A stretch of 64,000 nucleotides of DNA from Acutalibacteraceae bacterium (GCA_045578425.1 JAZNKF010000065.1:10105-74104), one strand, 5' to 3'. Positions 9,714 to 19,013 are shown, counted from the first letter of the stretch. Notes: generated from the sequence alone by a model not told the origin. Numbers and translations: made by a program.

Positions 9714-9766
9714 CAAAAAAAGGACAGCACGACGGTATGTGGCGAACCGTCGTGCTGTCCTTTTTG
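9714..9766. terminator. Bidirectional intrinsic terminator
   Basis: A 15-bp stem AGGACAGCACGACGG (9721-9735) pairs with CCGTCGTGCTGTCCT (9747-9761), with A7 upstream and T5 downstream, between convergent genes. Confidence 0.75.
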
Positions 9767-9768
9767 AA

Positions 9769-11640
9769 TCACTTGTTGGTTAATTTCAAAGTGCGGCAGG
9801 AGTTGTTTTTCAAATTTTCTATGTGTATACCGTTTTCAACGAGTTCTTTTCCGTCTTGCACTATCCCATCTATTTGATATTGTGCTTGTTCGTTTACAAC
9901 AGGATACAGAATCAAATCGCGGGCGTAGGTGGTGGTGGTAAAAAGATGCAGTACCACGTGTTTCAACTCGACATCGGCATATTGGATTGCCACGATGTCG
10001 TTGGTATCCACCAAGATACGTGCGGTAGCGTTCATATAGAAATCTCGCTCTTGTTTGTACTGCGCAATACGGGATTTCCAATACTCTTTATAGTGTTGCG
10101 GGAAAGCGGCAATATCGCAAGAAAAACCCAGAGGACCGGTGGTCAAGAAGTTTTCGGTGAAGGTGTCGTCCACTTTGACAATCTCTTCCCACGTGGCATC
10201 GTTACAACTAAACATAATCCCGGTTGTCTCGGCTTGCCCGAGTTTTGGAAATCCTTCGGCGTATTTTTGCACGTTCCACCGTTCAATCAAAGCGGGGGGC
10301 ATACGTTTGAAGGTATCTTTGATGATGCGCAAGCCGCCAAATGGGCCTTGGTTGTCGGAAAACCAAAAACTATCAAACATACTGCCTTGGTTTAAATCCA
10401 TGCGGAATCCGCCACCGGCACAGTTGGTAAAATACAAATCGGGAAAACGTTTTTGCAAAGTTTCCACAAATTGTCTTTGTCCTTTTAAGTACCGATAAAA
10501 TGCGTTGCCCGATGGGTCGAGCGTGATAGAATCATTAAAATCAAATTTTACCCAACCTATGTTGTATTTTTCGATTTGTTTGGAAAGAACATCTACCATG
10601 TACTGAACGGCTTCGGGGTTGGCGAAATCCAAAAACGCGTTATTAATGTAGTATTCGGGATGAGCCGTTACCGCCTTGCTTTTGGAATAGGCACGTTCCG
10701 GTTCAAACCACAGCCCGAACACCATGCCATGTTCACGCACACGGTTGGAAATTTCAATCAATCTGCCTTTGGGTCCGCCGACGGTGTTTTCTTCCCAATC
10801 GCCTACGGAACCCCACCAACCGTCACCGTCGCCAAACCAGCCCGCATCAATCATAAACGCTTCAAAACCAAGTTCAGCGGCAGTGTCCACTTGTTTGAGC
10901 AATGCGTCGATATCCAAATTATCAAAGCAGTACAACCACGAATTGTAGATTACCGGCATTTTTTTGCGCGGATACAACTTGTGATATACTTCGTGGAGTT
11001 TGTAGGCATCCAAGTCGGTTTTGCTTTTTGCGTCAAAGAAAAGGATGGTAGGTAAGTGGATACGCTCCCCCACCGCAGCAGAAAGGCGCATATTTTCGTT
11101 GTTAAAACCTGCTTCCACCACCACGATTTCTTTTTCGCTGACGGGGAATTTGCGCGCATTAATTTTCCAGTGCGCATTCGGCATCAAATGAAACACCGTG
11201 TTTTTGCCGGTGTAGCAGTTGTGCAGCGCCATCATGGGTGCGGCAGAATCACAACTGCGGATTCCTTGACCAGCGGCAGTAATCTGTGTGACCAGTTTCT
11301 GCCAAGCACCTTTGCTTTCGTGTTGCCAGCCGCTGTATTGCGTGTATACTTCGTAATCACTGCCATCCATGCAAAAACGGGAGCACAACCCATTGATTTC
11401 GATTGGCTTATCGGAAAGATTTTCCAGATAGTCATGGCGGATAACCACACCGTTCTCGTATTGAGTAAATTCCGCTACCAGCGCCACTTCGTTTTGTTCC
11501 AAACGGTAGGTAATTTTATTTTCTTCTTGCGTACGGACATAATCACTTGCCCCGTCAATGATACCAAAGCTACCGTGAGCAAACAAAAATCCCGATATAC
11601 CGCGAGTTCTTTTGAGGTCAACCAAGTTTTCTATTTTCAT
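9769..11640 (-). CDS. GH36-family alpha-galactosidase
   Basis: 623 aa with FEAFMIDAGWF, a nucleophile-region GWVKFDFND (KxD) and an acid/base-region CAGGGFRMD. Its ATG overlaps the upstream stop (ATGA). Confidence 0.85.
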   Translation of the reverse strand: MKIENLVDLKRTRGISGFLFAHGSFGIIDGASDYVRTQEENKITYRLEQNEVALVAEFTQYENGVVIRHDYLENLSDKPIEINGLCSRFCMDGSDYEVYTQYSGWQHESKGAWQKLVTQITAAGQGIRSCDSAAPMMALHNCYTGKNTVFHLMPNAHWKINARKFPVSEKEIVVVEAGFNNENMRLSAAVGERIHLPTILFFDAKSKTDLDAYKLHEVYHKLYPRKKMPVIYNSWLYCFDNLDIDALLKQVDTAAELGFEAFMIDAGWFGDGDGWWGSVGDWEENTVGGPKGRLIEISNRVREHGMVFGLWFEPERAYSKSKAVTAHPEYYINNAFLDFANPEAVQYMVDVLSKQIEKYNIGWVKFDFNDSITLDPSGNAFYRYLKGQRQFVETLQKRFPDLYFTNCAGGGFRMDLNQGSMFDSFWFSDNQGPFGGLRIIKDTFKRMPPALIERWNVQKYAEGFPKLGQAETTGIMFSCNDATWEEIVKVDDTFTENFLTTGPLGFSCDIAAFPQHYKEYWKSRIAQYKQERDFYMNATARILVDTNDIVAIQYADVELKHVVLHLFTTTTYARDLILYPVVNEQAQYQIDGIVQDGKELVENGIHIENLKNNSCRTLKLTNK

Positions 11641-12206
11641 AGCGTTTTCCCTCTTGACAGCGCCAAATACTCGGCGCGCCCGCTTTCGTAAAGATTGTTA
11701 CCGTTGGTATCTATCACCACGATAACGGGAAAATTTTCGACTTCTAATTTATAAATAGCCTCTGCGCCAAGGTCTTCATAGGCGACTACTTCGGCTTTTT
11801 TGACACATTGGCTCAGCAGTGCGCCACAACCGCCGATGGCACCAAAATATACGGCGCCATATTGCTTCATTGCCTCGACGACAGCAGGGCTACGCTTGCC
11901 CTTGCCTATCATGCCGAGTTGTCCTTTTGCAATCAGTGCGGGGCTGTATGCATCCATACGGTACGAGGTTGTCGGCCCTGCCGAACCAATGGCTTGCCCC
12001 GCTTTGGCGGGTGTAGGACCGACAAAATAAAAAATGCTGTCAGTAATATCAATTGGCAACGATTTGCCCGCCGCCAACAAGTCGCAAAGGCGTTTATGCG
12101 CGGCATCGCGCGCGGTATAGATAGTACCGGAAAGCAAGCAGCTATCCCCCGCTTTTAAACTACGGGCTTGTTCCCTACTCAAGGGGGTGCGAATGGCAAT
12201 CGGCAT
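11637..12206 (-). CDS. Fe-S hydro-lyase beta subunit (class I fumarate hydratase / L(+)-tartrate dehydratase beta type)
   Basis: The start MPIAIRTPL at 12206 overlaps the alpha-subunit stop (TAATG). GTIYTARDAAHKRL and GPTTSYRMD motifs are present. Confidence 0.85.
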   Translation of the reverse strand: MPIAIRTPLSREQARSLKAGDSCLLSGTIYTARDAAHKRLCDLLAAGKSLPIDITDSIFYFVGPTPAKAGQAIGSAGPTTSYRMDAYSPALIAKGQLGMIGKGKRSPAVVEAMKQYGAVYFGAIGGCGALLSQCVKKAEVVAYEDLGAEAIYKLEVENFPVIVVIDTNGNNLYESGRAEYLALSRGKTL

Positions 12207-13045
12207 TACAACACCTCCGTTTTGTGCCGTGTGACGTGGCAATTGATGTTCACTGCCACAGGCAAACCGGCAATATGGGTGGGATACTGTTCAATATTCA
12301 CGGCAAGTGCCGTGGTTTTACCCCCGAAACCTTGCGGTCCGATTCCAAGCGCGTTGATTTCTGCCAACAATTCTTGCTCGAGGTTGGCGTAAAACGGGTT
12401 TGCGTTCGGCTTATCAATAGGACGCAACAAGGCTTTTTTGGCAAGGTAGGCGGCTTTATCAAACGTACCACCGATGCCGACACCAACCACAACGGGCGGG
12501 CATGGATTGGGACCCGCTTGTTCCACCACGCGCTTGACAAAATTTTTCACACCTTGCAATCCGTCCGATGGACTGAGCATGGCAATTTGGCTCATGTTTT
12601 CGCTGCCAAAACCCTTGGGCGCTACGGTGATTTCGATATTCTCGCCGCCAACAAGTTCAACGTACAGCATGGCAGGAGTATTATCCTCGGTATTCACGCG
12701 GTCCAGCGGGTCTTTGACGACACTTTTGCGAAGAAAACCTTGCGTATAGCCTTGGCGGACACCTTCGTTGACTGCTTCGGCAATATCGCCGGTTACATGA
12801 ACGTCTTGTCCCACTTTCAAAAACACACAGGCGACACCTGTGTCTTGACAAATCGGTTGTTCGCACTTGTCGGCAATCTGATAATTTTCGACAAGGCGTT
12901 CCAATATTTCTTTTGCGGGCGGCCACGGTTCCGAGGTAGCACACTGCGCAATACGGTTTTTGATATCATCACCCAAATGGCAATTAGCTTCCATGCACAG
13001 TCTTTTCACCGTTGCGGTGATGAGTGCAGCATTAATCTCACGCAT
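12206..13045 (-). CDS. Fe-S hydro-lyase alpha subunit (class I fumarate hydratase / tartrate dehydratase alpha type)
   Basis: The start MREINAA at 13045 follows AAGGAGA. ICQDTGVACVFLKVGQD and GVGIGGTFD motifs are present. Longer upstream starts lack an RBS. Confidence 0.85.
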   Translation of the reverse strand: MREINAALITATVKRLCMEANCHLGDDIKNRIAQCATSEPWPPAKEILERLVENYQIADKCEQPICQDTGVACVFLKVGQDVHVTGDIAEAVNEGVRQGYTQGFLRKSVVKDPLDRVNTEDNTPAMLYVELVGGENIEITVAPKGFGSENMSQIAMLSPSDGLQGVKNFVKRVVEQAGPNPCPPVVVGVGIGGTFDKAAYLAKKALLRPIDKPNANPFYANLEQELLAEINALGIGPQGFGGKTTALAVNIEQYPTHIAGLPVAVNINCHVTRHKTEVL

Positions 13046-13117
13046 AGTTTCTCCTTGAATTTTTGATACGTCCATTATAGTACACCCCTTATATAAAAAG
13101 CAACCTTTTTTATAGCA

Positions 13118-13156
13118 CAAAAATAAGCCTCCCGCATGGCGGGAGGCTTATTTTTG
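13118..13156 (-). terminator. Intrinsic terminator downstream of the XRE regulator gene (hairpin usable in both directions)
   Basis: Stem AAGCCTCCCGC (13125-13135) pairs with GCGGGAGGCTT (13139-13149), flanked by A-runs and T-runs. Confidence 0.7.
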
Positions 13157-13173
13157 CGATTATCCGCTTAAAA

Positions 13174-13515
13174 TCATTTTAAGGAGTTGATATACACTTT
13201 CAGCAGTTGCAATGCCGTTTCTCGTTCGGAAGCACTGCAATGATTAATTTTTTCAAAAATTTCTTTATCCGTAACAAGGGAATTTTCTTCTTGCAACAAC
13301 ACGTCGTTAGGCGTAACCTGCAATGCTTTACATATTTTCAAAAACGTATTGATTCGCATAGCGGTATCCCCACGTTCAATATCGGCATAGGCACGGTCAG
13401 ATAAATCCGCCATTTCTGCCACTTGTGCTTGTGTCAACCCTTTTGTTTTCCTGAATGTATAGAGGCGATTCCCAACGACTTTCAAATCAAAAATCAGCAC
13501 TTCGGTTCCTCCCAT
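13174..13515 (-). CDS. XRE-family helix-turn-helix transcriptional regulator
   Basis: 113 aa. The N-terminal HTH_3 signature is GNRLYTFRKTKGLTQAQVAEMADLSDRAYADIERG. Confidence 0.8.
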   Translation of the reverse strand: MGGTEVLIFDLKVVGNRLYTFRKTKGLTQAQVAEMADLSDRAYADIERGDTAMRINTFLKICKALQVTPNDVLLQEENSLVTDKEIFEKINHCSASERETALQLLKVYINSLK

Positions 13516-13643
13516 CTTGTCTATATCCCCATTATAGCGGTCATATCACTTGACAAAAAGGAACTACGGTTATATAATTTAGGAAGTTTACTTCTTGTTT
13601 TATAACTGCTCACACCTTACACAGTAACGGAGGAATCATTTTA

Positions 13644-14435
13644 ATGGTTAACACCGACGAGAGAAAAACGCAAAATATAACCAAAGGCAAAGCGGTAAAA
13701 CCTAATTATTGGAAACGTTATGGGATATGGTTAACCGCAGTGGAAGTATTGACACTTTTCGCATTGTTATTTATCTTTTTTCGTGCCGATTATGACACAA
13801 AACTATTGGTGAAATTGGGGTTAAAAAACCCCGTCACACCACCCTCGGCAAATGCTCAAAAAGAAACCAATTGGACAGCCGTAGGTTGGAACAATTGTCT
13901 TGAAAAATTGGACTACGATGCCGATATTGTGTTTTTTGGAGATTCTATCACACGTAACAGCGATTTTCGCTCCTTTTTTCCTCACAAGAAAATTGTCAAC
14001 CTTGCCACACCGGGTGATTCGATATTGGATATTACCGAAAGAGTTGACGGCGTAGCCGCTGTTTCTCCGGAGCAGGTGTTTGTTTTGGGAGGCATCAACG
14101 GTTTGCGAGATTATAATGTTGCAATTCGTGTGCAGGAATACCGAGATTTATTAAAAAAGCTCCGCGATGCTGTACCGAATGCCACCATCTACGTACAAAG
14201 TGTTTTGCCCATTTCCACAGAAAAGCAAAAGGAAATATGCCGAAATCAAACCATTATTGCATTTAATGAGGAATTGGAAAAACTCTGTGACGGTCAAGAT
14301 ATCGTTTTTATTGATTTGTTTTCACTGTATCAAAAAGACGGTTCACTCGACCCCAAACACAGCAACGACGGCGTTCATCTTGTAAAAGAGAGTTACGATA
14401 TTTGGGCCAACACCGTTAAGGCGTATATAAAGTAA
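13644..14435 (+). CDS. SGNH/GDSL-family hydrolase with N-terminal membrane anchor
   Basis: 263 aa with a TM helix, block I IVFFGDSIT, block III GGINGL and block V NDGVHL. Confidence 0.8.
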   Translation: MVNTDERKTQNITKGKAVKPNYWKRYGIWLTAVEVLTLFALLFIFFRADYDTKLLVKLGLKNPVTPPSANAQKETNWTAVGWNNCLEKLDYDADIVFFGDSITRNSDFRSFFPHKKIVNLATPGDSILDITERVDGVAAVSPEQVFVLGGINGLRDYNVAIRVQEYRDLLKKLRDAVPNATIYVQSVLPISTEKQKEICRNQTIIAFNEELEKLCDGQDIVFIDLFSLYQKDGSLDPKHSNDGVHLVKESYDIWANTVKAYIK

Positions 14436-14467
14436 AAAAGCAGGCGAGAAATTCGCCTGCTTTTTTA
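14435..14467. terminator. Bidirectional intrinsic terminator
   Basis: Stem AGCAGGCGA (14439-14447) pairs with TCGCCTGCT (14453-14461), with A6 upstream and T6 downstream. Confidence 0.7.
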
Positions 14468-14476
14468 CTGCTTTTG

Positions 14477-15229
14477 TTACAACAACGTCACCTTATCACT
14501 AAATTTTGAAAAGCGGTGTGCGCAATTATCTTCGCTGATAAGATAATCTAAGCACCCCAGTTCGCACTGCTTAAAAGTCGCGTGCGTGTCGTACTTGGAA
14601 CTATCGCACAGCAGTACTTTCTTTTGTGCGGTTTTGAACATGGCGTTGCGCACAAACACCTCTTCTCGCGAACAATCGGTGAGGCAGCCTTCTTTGGAAA
14701 TGGATTTAACCGAAAAGAACATCCAATCTGCCACGATGTTTTCGAACGTAGTTTGTGCATCGTCCCCCACAAGGCAACTTCGGTTTTCTCCGCTTAAAAT
14801 ACCACCCGAAGAAATCACTTTGATGGTAGAACGGGAAAGCAGCATAACAATTTCGATATTATTGGTCACCACCGTAAGCGAACTGCGGCTAAGCAATTCG
14901 TTGGCAAGATAAAACGCACTGGAAGATTGATCCAAGAACACGACGTCACCATCTTGTATCAGCAACGCCGCTTTTTGGGCAATTGCTTTTTTGGCTTCGG
15001 CGTTGTTCCGCGTACGTTGATTAAACGTGACGATGTGCGAGTGGTTGACCGTTGACGAAGCACCGCCGTAACTACGTTTGACAAGGCCTCTTTCTTCGAG
15101 TGATTTTAAATCTCGGCGAATGCTGGATTCGCTGGCAAACAGCGAAGCACAAAGTTGTTTAACCGTAACAAAACCATTTGACGTTTTTAGTAAATGCATA
15201 ATTTCCTGTTCGCGTTCTTTACCAAGCAT
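14477..15229 (-). CDS. DeoR-family transcriptional regulator
   Basis: 250 aa. An N-terminal DeoR HTH (REQEIMHLLKTSNGFVTVKQLCASLFASESSIRRDLKSLEERGLV) is joined to a C-terminal sugar-phosphate sensor domain. Confidence 0.85.
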   Translation of the reverse strand: MLGKEREQEIMHLLKTSNGFVTVKQLCASLFASESSIRRDLKSLEERGLVKRSYGGASSTVNHSHIVTFNQRTRNNAEAKKAIAQKAALLIQDGDVVFLDQSSSAFYLANELLSRSSLTVVTNNIEIVMLLSRSTIKVISSGGILSGENRSCLVGDDAQTTFENIVADWMFFSVKSISKEGCLTDCSREEVFVRNAMFKTAQKKVLLCDSSKYDTHATFKQCELGCLDYLISEDNCAHRFSKFSDKVTLL

Positions 15230-15381
15230 AGTATCCCCTCTTTTTTGATTGTTTTTGACTGTTTTTCACGTTTTCTTGCTTTTCGTTCAACTTTTAGGCA
15301 ACTTTTTGGTTGATTGTTGATTTTTTCTGACGGATATAGTATAACTCTAACTAGATTGATTCGTAAAGGGGTTTTTAAAGA

Positions 15382-16650
15382 TTGGATATCAATAATTTGT
15401 TAAAAGGCGTCGATTGTTCGTGTGGGAAACGGCACGAGTGCCCGATTGATTACGTGTATATTGAGAAAAACGCCACGCTGCGTTTGCGGGAGATTTGTAA
15501 AGAGCAAGCGTGTGTTTTGTTGGTGGCTGATGAAAATACCTTTGCTGCAGCAGGCGAACAAACCATGGCAGCTTTGTCTGACAAAACTTTGGAGAAAGTG
15601 GTTTTCAGCGGAAAAGAAATTCTTGTTCCCAACGAGAATGCCATTAAAGCGGTGGAAGAAAAGTTAGAAGGTGCCGAAATGATAATCGGCATCGGTTCCG
15701 GTGTGATTCAAGATTTGTGCAAATACGTATCGTTTTATCACGCTATCCCCTATGTGATTGTTGCGACGGCACCGTCCATGGACGGGTATGCCTCGAACGG
15801 TGCCGCCATGATAACGGCGGGCATGAAAGTTACTTACCCTGCGGGGTTACCCAAAGCTATTTTAGCCGACACCGAAGTGCTTAAAAACGCACCGATGGAA
15901 ATGATCAAAGCCGGATACGGTGACGTTATCGGTAAGTTTTCAGCGCTTAACGACTGGAAATTAAGTTATCTGGTAAACGACGAGTATTTTTGTCAATATA
16001 TTTATGACCTGACGTTTGAACAAATAAAAACCACACTGCATCTTGCTGACGGTATTTTGAAACGAAGCGAAGAAAGTGTAAAGGCTTTGATGGAAGCGCT
16101 GGTGATTATTGGTATTTTGATGAGTTTTGCGGGTTCTTCGCGTCCTGCTTCCGGCAGCGAACATCATTTGTCGCACTTTTTTGAGATTACAGGGATTTTG
16201 ACAAACACCCCTTATTTTTCGCACGGAATTGACGTGGCGTATTCCACGGTTATTACCGCCGCTTTGCGTGAAAAATTGTTGGCATGTACTTTCCCCCAAA
16301 CGGTATATCGCCAAGAAAAACAAGAGTATGAGCAAGAAATAAAACGGGTTTATCTGTCCTCGGCAGAAGGGTGTATGGCATTGCAAAAAAAGATGGGGCG
16401 CTACCAAAACAGCACCGCCAGAATGTACCTTGACCGTGAGGAAGAAATCCGCAAAGTCTTGGCAGAAATGCCGACTGCCGACAAAATTAAAGGCATGTTG
16501 TCGTTGGTGGAACTGGATACACAAGATTTTTACGACTTGTACGGTAAAGAAAAAATCCGTGATGCCGTTTTGTATGCCAAAGATTTGAAAGACCGTTATA
16601 CGGTGCTTTGGATGTATTACGATTTGTTGGGAGATAAAACGGATGTATAA
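15382..16650 (+). CDS. sn-Glycerol-1-phosphate dehydrogenase-like (AraM/EgsA family, iron-dependent ADH superfamily)
   Basis: 422 aa with GIGSGVIQDLCK, APSMDGYAS and GSEHHLSHF metal-binding-type motifs. The TTG start at 15382 comes from the ORF track and is uncertain. Confidence 0.7.
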   Translation: MDINNLLKGVDCSCGKRHECPIDYVYIEKNATLRLREICKEQACVLLVADENTFAAAGEQTMAALSDKTLEKVVFSGKEILVPNENAIKAVEEKLEGAEMIIGIGSGVIQDLCKYVSFYHAIPYVIVATAPSMDGYASNGAAMITAGMKVTYPAGLPKAILADTEVLKNAPMEMIKAGYGDVIGKFSALNDWKLSYLVNDEYFCQYIYDLTFEQIKTTLHLADGILKRSEESVKALMEALVIIGILMSFAGSSRPASGSEHHLSHFFEITGILTNTPYFSHGIDVAYSTVITAALREKLLACTFPQTVYRQEKQEYEQEIKRVYLSSAEGCMALQKKMGRYQNSTARMYLDREEEIRKVLAEMPTADKIKGMLSLVELDTQDFYDLYGKEKIRDAVLYAKDLKDRYTVLWMYYDLLGDKTDV

Positions 16651-17353
16651 AGTAATTGCCATGGATTTGGACGGCACACTTACACAGCACCGAACACCGC
16701 TTTGTACCGAAAACCGAACCGCCCTTGAAAAACTTTCGAAAAAGTACAAACTTCTTATGGTGGGTGCCGGACAAGTAATGCGGATTTTTAATCAGTTGGA
16801 GGGTTTTCCCCTTGATATTATCGGCAACTACGGTATGCAATACGGCATTTATAATCCTCAAAAGCAAGGTATAGATATTGTTCGTGACACGATTTTACCC
16901 TGTGACAAGGACGCCGTCACGCAAATTATTAACCGTTTGCGAGAAAAATACGTTTTTACGAACTTTGTCGGAGAAACGGTGGAATTTCATCCATCCGGTT
17001 GCATCACCTTTCCCATTTTGGGAACGAAGGCCAAAATAGAAGACAAATTGGCGTTTGACCCTGACCGTGTGAAGCGACGCAAAATTTACACTGAGGTTGT
17101 GAACGCTTTTTCGGATTATCATGTATTTGTTGGGGGGTCTTCGTCGTTTGACCTGGCACCGAAACCGTTTAACAAATACCACGCTTTGGTTTGTTATTGC
17201 AAAGAAAACAACCTTTCCCATGATGAGATCGTGTATATCGGCGACGATTACGGTTTAGGCGGTAATGACGAGGCAGTTTTTAAATCGGATTTCCCGTGCA
17301 TTGCCATTGACAATTATTTGGATTTTCCGAAAAAAATTAAAGAATTATTGTAA
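16643..17353 (+). CDS. HAD-IIB family hydrolase (sugar-phosphate phosphatase/phosphomutase-like)
   Basis: 236 aa with motif I AMDLDGTLT and motif IV GDDYGLGGNDEAV. It overlaps the upstream stop by 8 nt. Confidence 0.8.
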   Translation: MYKVIAMDLDGTLTQHRTPLCTENRTALEKLSKKYKLLMVGAGQVMRIFNQLEGFPLDIIGNYGMQYGIYNPQKQGIDIVRDTILPCDKDAVTQIINRLREKYVFTNFVGETVEFHPSGCITFPILGTKAKIEDKLAFDPDRVKRRKIYTEVVNAFSDYHVFVGGSSSFDLAPKPFNKYHALVCYCKENNLSHDEIVYIGDDYGLGGNDEAVFKSDFPCIAIDNYLDFPKKIKELL

Positions 17354-17390
17354 CAAAAAAACGAGCCAACAATGTTGGCTCGTTTTTTTG
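17354..17390. terminator. Bidirectional intrinsic terminator
   Basis: Stem ACGAGCCAAC (17361-17370) pairs with GTTGGCTCGT (17374-17383), with A7 upstream and T7 downstream. Confidence 0.75.
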
Positions 17391-18170
17391 TTACTTGAGT
17401 CCGTTATAACTGATAGACAAGATATCGCCGACTTTAAAATCCTCATGAACGGAATACGTGACGCGAAGATTACCGTAGTTCTCCAACACCATTCTTACTT
17501 TTACCGATTCATCCGATTCCCAAAACGGATTTTTGATAAGAATTTCGGTATCGGTCATTTCCATATAGTGCGGAGTTTGACCGGCACCGCAACGATAATA
17601 CGTTTTGCCGTTATAAGTAACACCCTTTCTGCCGTTCGGATTAGGAAGTTCAAACATGGCTTGCAGTACTAAGGCATATTTCCCGTCGACCGCATCGTCA
17701 TAAAAACAAATGCCGCCGGCATAAATACTTTCGGGTCCATACGCTTTGTATTGGTTGGAAACGTATTCTTCACCCCACTTGATATTGGTTTTTGGGTTGA
17801 GGAAAACCGGCACAGGGTTAGCGGTTGTTGTCGTGGTGGTTGCTTTCGTAGTAGTGGTAGTTGTTGTAGTGGTTGTGGGGGCTGCCGTTGTTGTGGTTGT
17901 CCGCTTGGTACCGCCGCCCTGTTCGGTTGTGGGAATTTTGGTGGTTGTTGCAGTCGTTGTGGCGGTAGTGGTATTTGTCGTGGCAGTGATGTCAGCGGTA
18001 GTGGTCGCTTTCTCTGTGATGGTCGTGGTAGTTTGTGCATCTTGCGTTTCGGTTGTGGTTACTTGCGAAGTGGTGGTCTGGCTTTCTCCATTGTTTTGTG
18101 CATCCTCTTTGCAACCGCACAAAGAACACAAAAGCAGGGTAGCCAAAAGTAATGCTGACAGTTTTTTCAC
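17391..18170 (-). CDS. Secreted lipoprotein with long Thr-rich linker and uncharacterised C-terminal domain
   Basis: GTG 18170 is preceded by AAGGAGG. A lipobox LLLCSLCGC is followed by about 100 aa dominated by T/A/Q, then a globular ~150-aa domain of unknown family. Confidence 0.7.
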   Translation of the reverse strand: MKKLSALLLATLLLCSLCGCKEDAQNNGESQTTTSQVTTTETQDAQTTTTITEKATTTADITATTNTTTATTTATTTKIPTTEQGGGTKRTTTTTAAPTTTTTTTTTTKATTTTTTANPVPVFLNPKTNIKWGEEYVSNQYKAYGPESIYAGGICFYDDAVDGKYALVLQAMFELPNPNGRKGVTYNGKTYYRCGAGQTPHYMEMTDTEILIKNPFWESDESVKVRMVLENYGNLRVTYSVHEDFKVGDILSISYNGLK

Positions 18171-18209
18171 GGTTTCTTCCTCCTTTAAAATTAATTTTTG
18201 CAAAATTCT

Positions 18210-19013
18210 TTACGCATACGGGGTTTTGCGAAACTCGCGGGGGGACTTACCAAATTTCTTTTTGAAGCTTTTGGAAAAATAGCATTGGTCGGAAAAGCCA
18301 AGCTTTTCACTTATTGCCAAAATCGGCAATTTGGTTTTGGTGAGCAACTGCATTGCTTCTGCCATGACCGCTTCTTCGACATATTCTTTTACCGCAAAGG
18401 AAAGCTCTTTTTGAAAGTGTTTGGAAAGCGTACTTTTGGAAACGAACACGCTTTGCGCAATCCGCGTCACAGTAAGTTGTATGGATAAATTTTGTTTGAT
18501 ATATTGTAACGCGCGGAAAACACACGGCGAATAGTCGTCGCTGTGAACGTTGATGGAATAGGTGTCAATGAAGCGAAGTAACACTTCGTAAACGTGGTGA
18601 CGCAACGCCAATCCGCCAACCATATCCTCACCCGAAAGGTGGTTTTTCCAAAGTGAATATTGCTCGTTTTGTGATGGTAAGCAAAGAGGAACTTTTGCGC
18701 TGCGCAACAAGTCGGTTTCGTCAAAATCGGACAGCTTGATATGGAAAAACAAGTGTTCCATTTTTTCCACACATGCGTAGTCAAAAGTACAAGTTGCAGG
18801 AATCAGATACCAGTTGCCCGAAGTAAGAGAAAGTGTGCCCTCCGACGTGGTGACCGACGCCTGTCCGCTGACAACATAGTAAAGTCGTGTGTAGATAGGT
18901 GCATACACCGTGCCGTTCCACTCTTTATCCACCACAGCGTAGCCGCAGTTTAAAAGAGAAAGTTGTATACGATTAACATATTTCGGTAACGCGCTGCTGT
19001 ATACGTCCATCAT
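18210..19013 (-). CDS. AraC-family transcriptional regulator (cupin sensor plus dual HTH)
   Basis: The C-terminal AraC signature is IAQSVFVSKSTLSKHFQKELS...ISEKLGFSDQCYFSKSFKKKFGKSPREFR. ATG 19013 lies 7 nt after GGAGA; ATGs at 19019 and 19010 are alternatives. Confidence 0.85.
   Translation of the reverse strand: MMDVYSSALPKYVNRIQLSLLNCGYAVVDKEWNGTVYAPIYTRLYYVVSGQASVTTSEGTLSLTSGNWYLIPATCTFDYACVEKMEHLFFHIKLSDFDETDLLRSAKVPLCLPSQNEQYSLWKNHLSGEDMVGGLALRHHVYEVLLRFIDTYSINVHSDDYSPCVFRALQYIKQNLSIQLTVTRIAQSVFVSKSTLSKHFQKELSFAVKEYVEEAVMAEAMQLLTKTKLPILAISEKLGFSDQCYFSKSFKKKFGKSPREFRKTPYA

Noticed and set aside
12224-13066. A 280-aa plus-strand ORF antisense to the hydro-lyase alpha subunit. Similar antisense ORFs occur at 15961..16749, 9823..10395, 11056..11691, 22892..23440, 43172..43759 and 55063..55665.
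   Set aside because: Each lies opposite a gene with strong family motifs and proper RBS or operon spacing. These are shadow ORFs.
17669-18282. Long ORFs antisense to or overlapping the Thr-rich lipoprotein gene (17669..18040 minus in another frame; 17746..18282 and 17751..18152 plus).
   Set aside because: Their compositions (poly-Val, or Gly/Cys/Arg-rich) are the mirror image of the ACC/ACA Thr-codon tract. They have no RBS, and the lipoprotein frame has a lipobox, an RBS and a globular domain.
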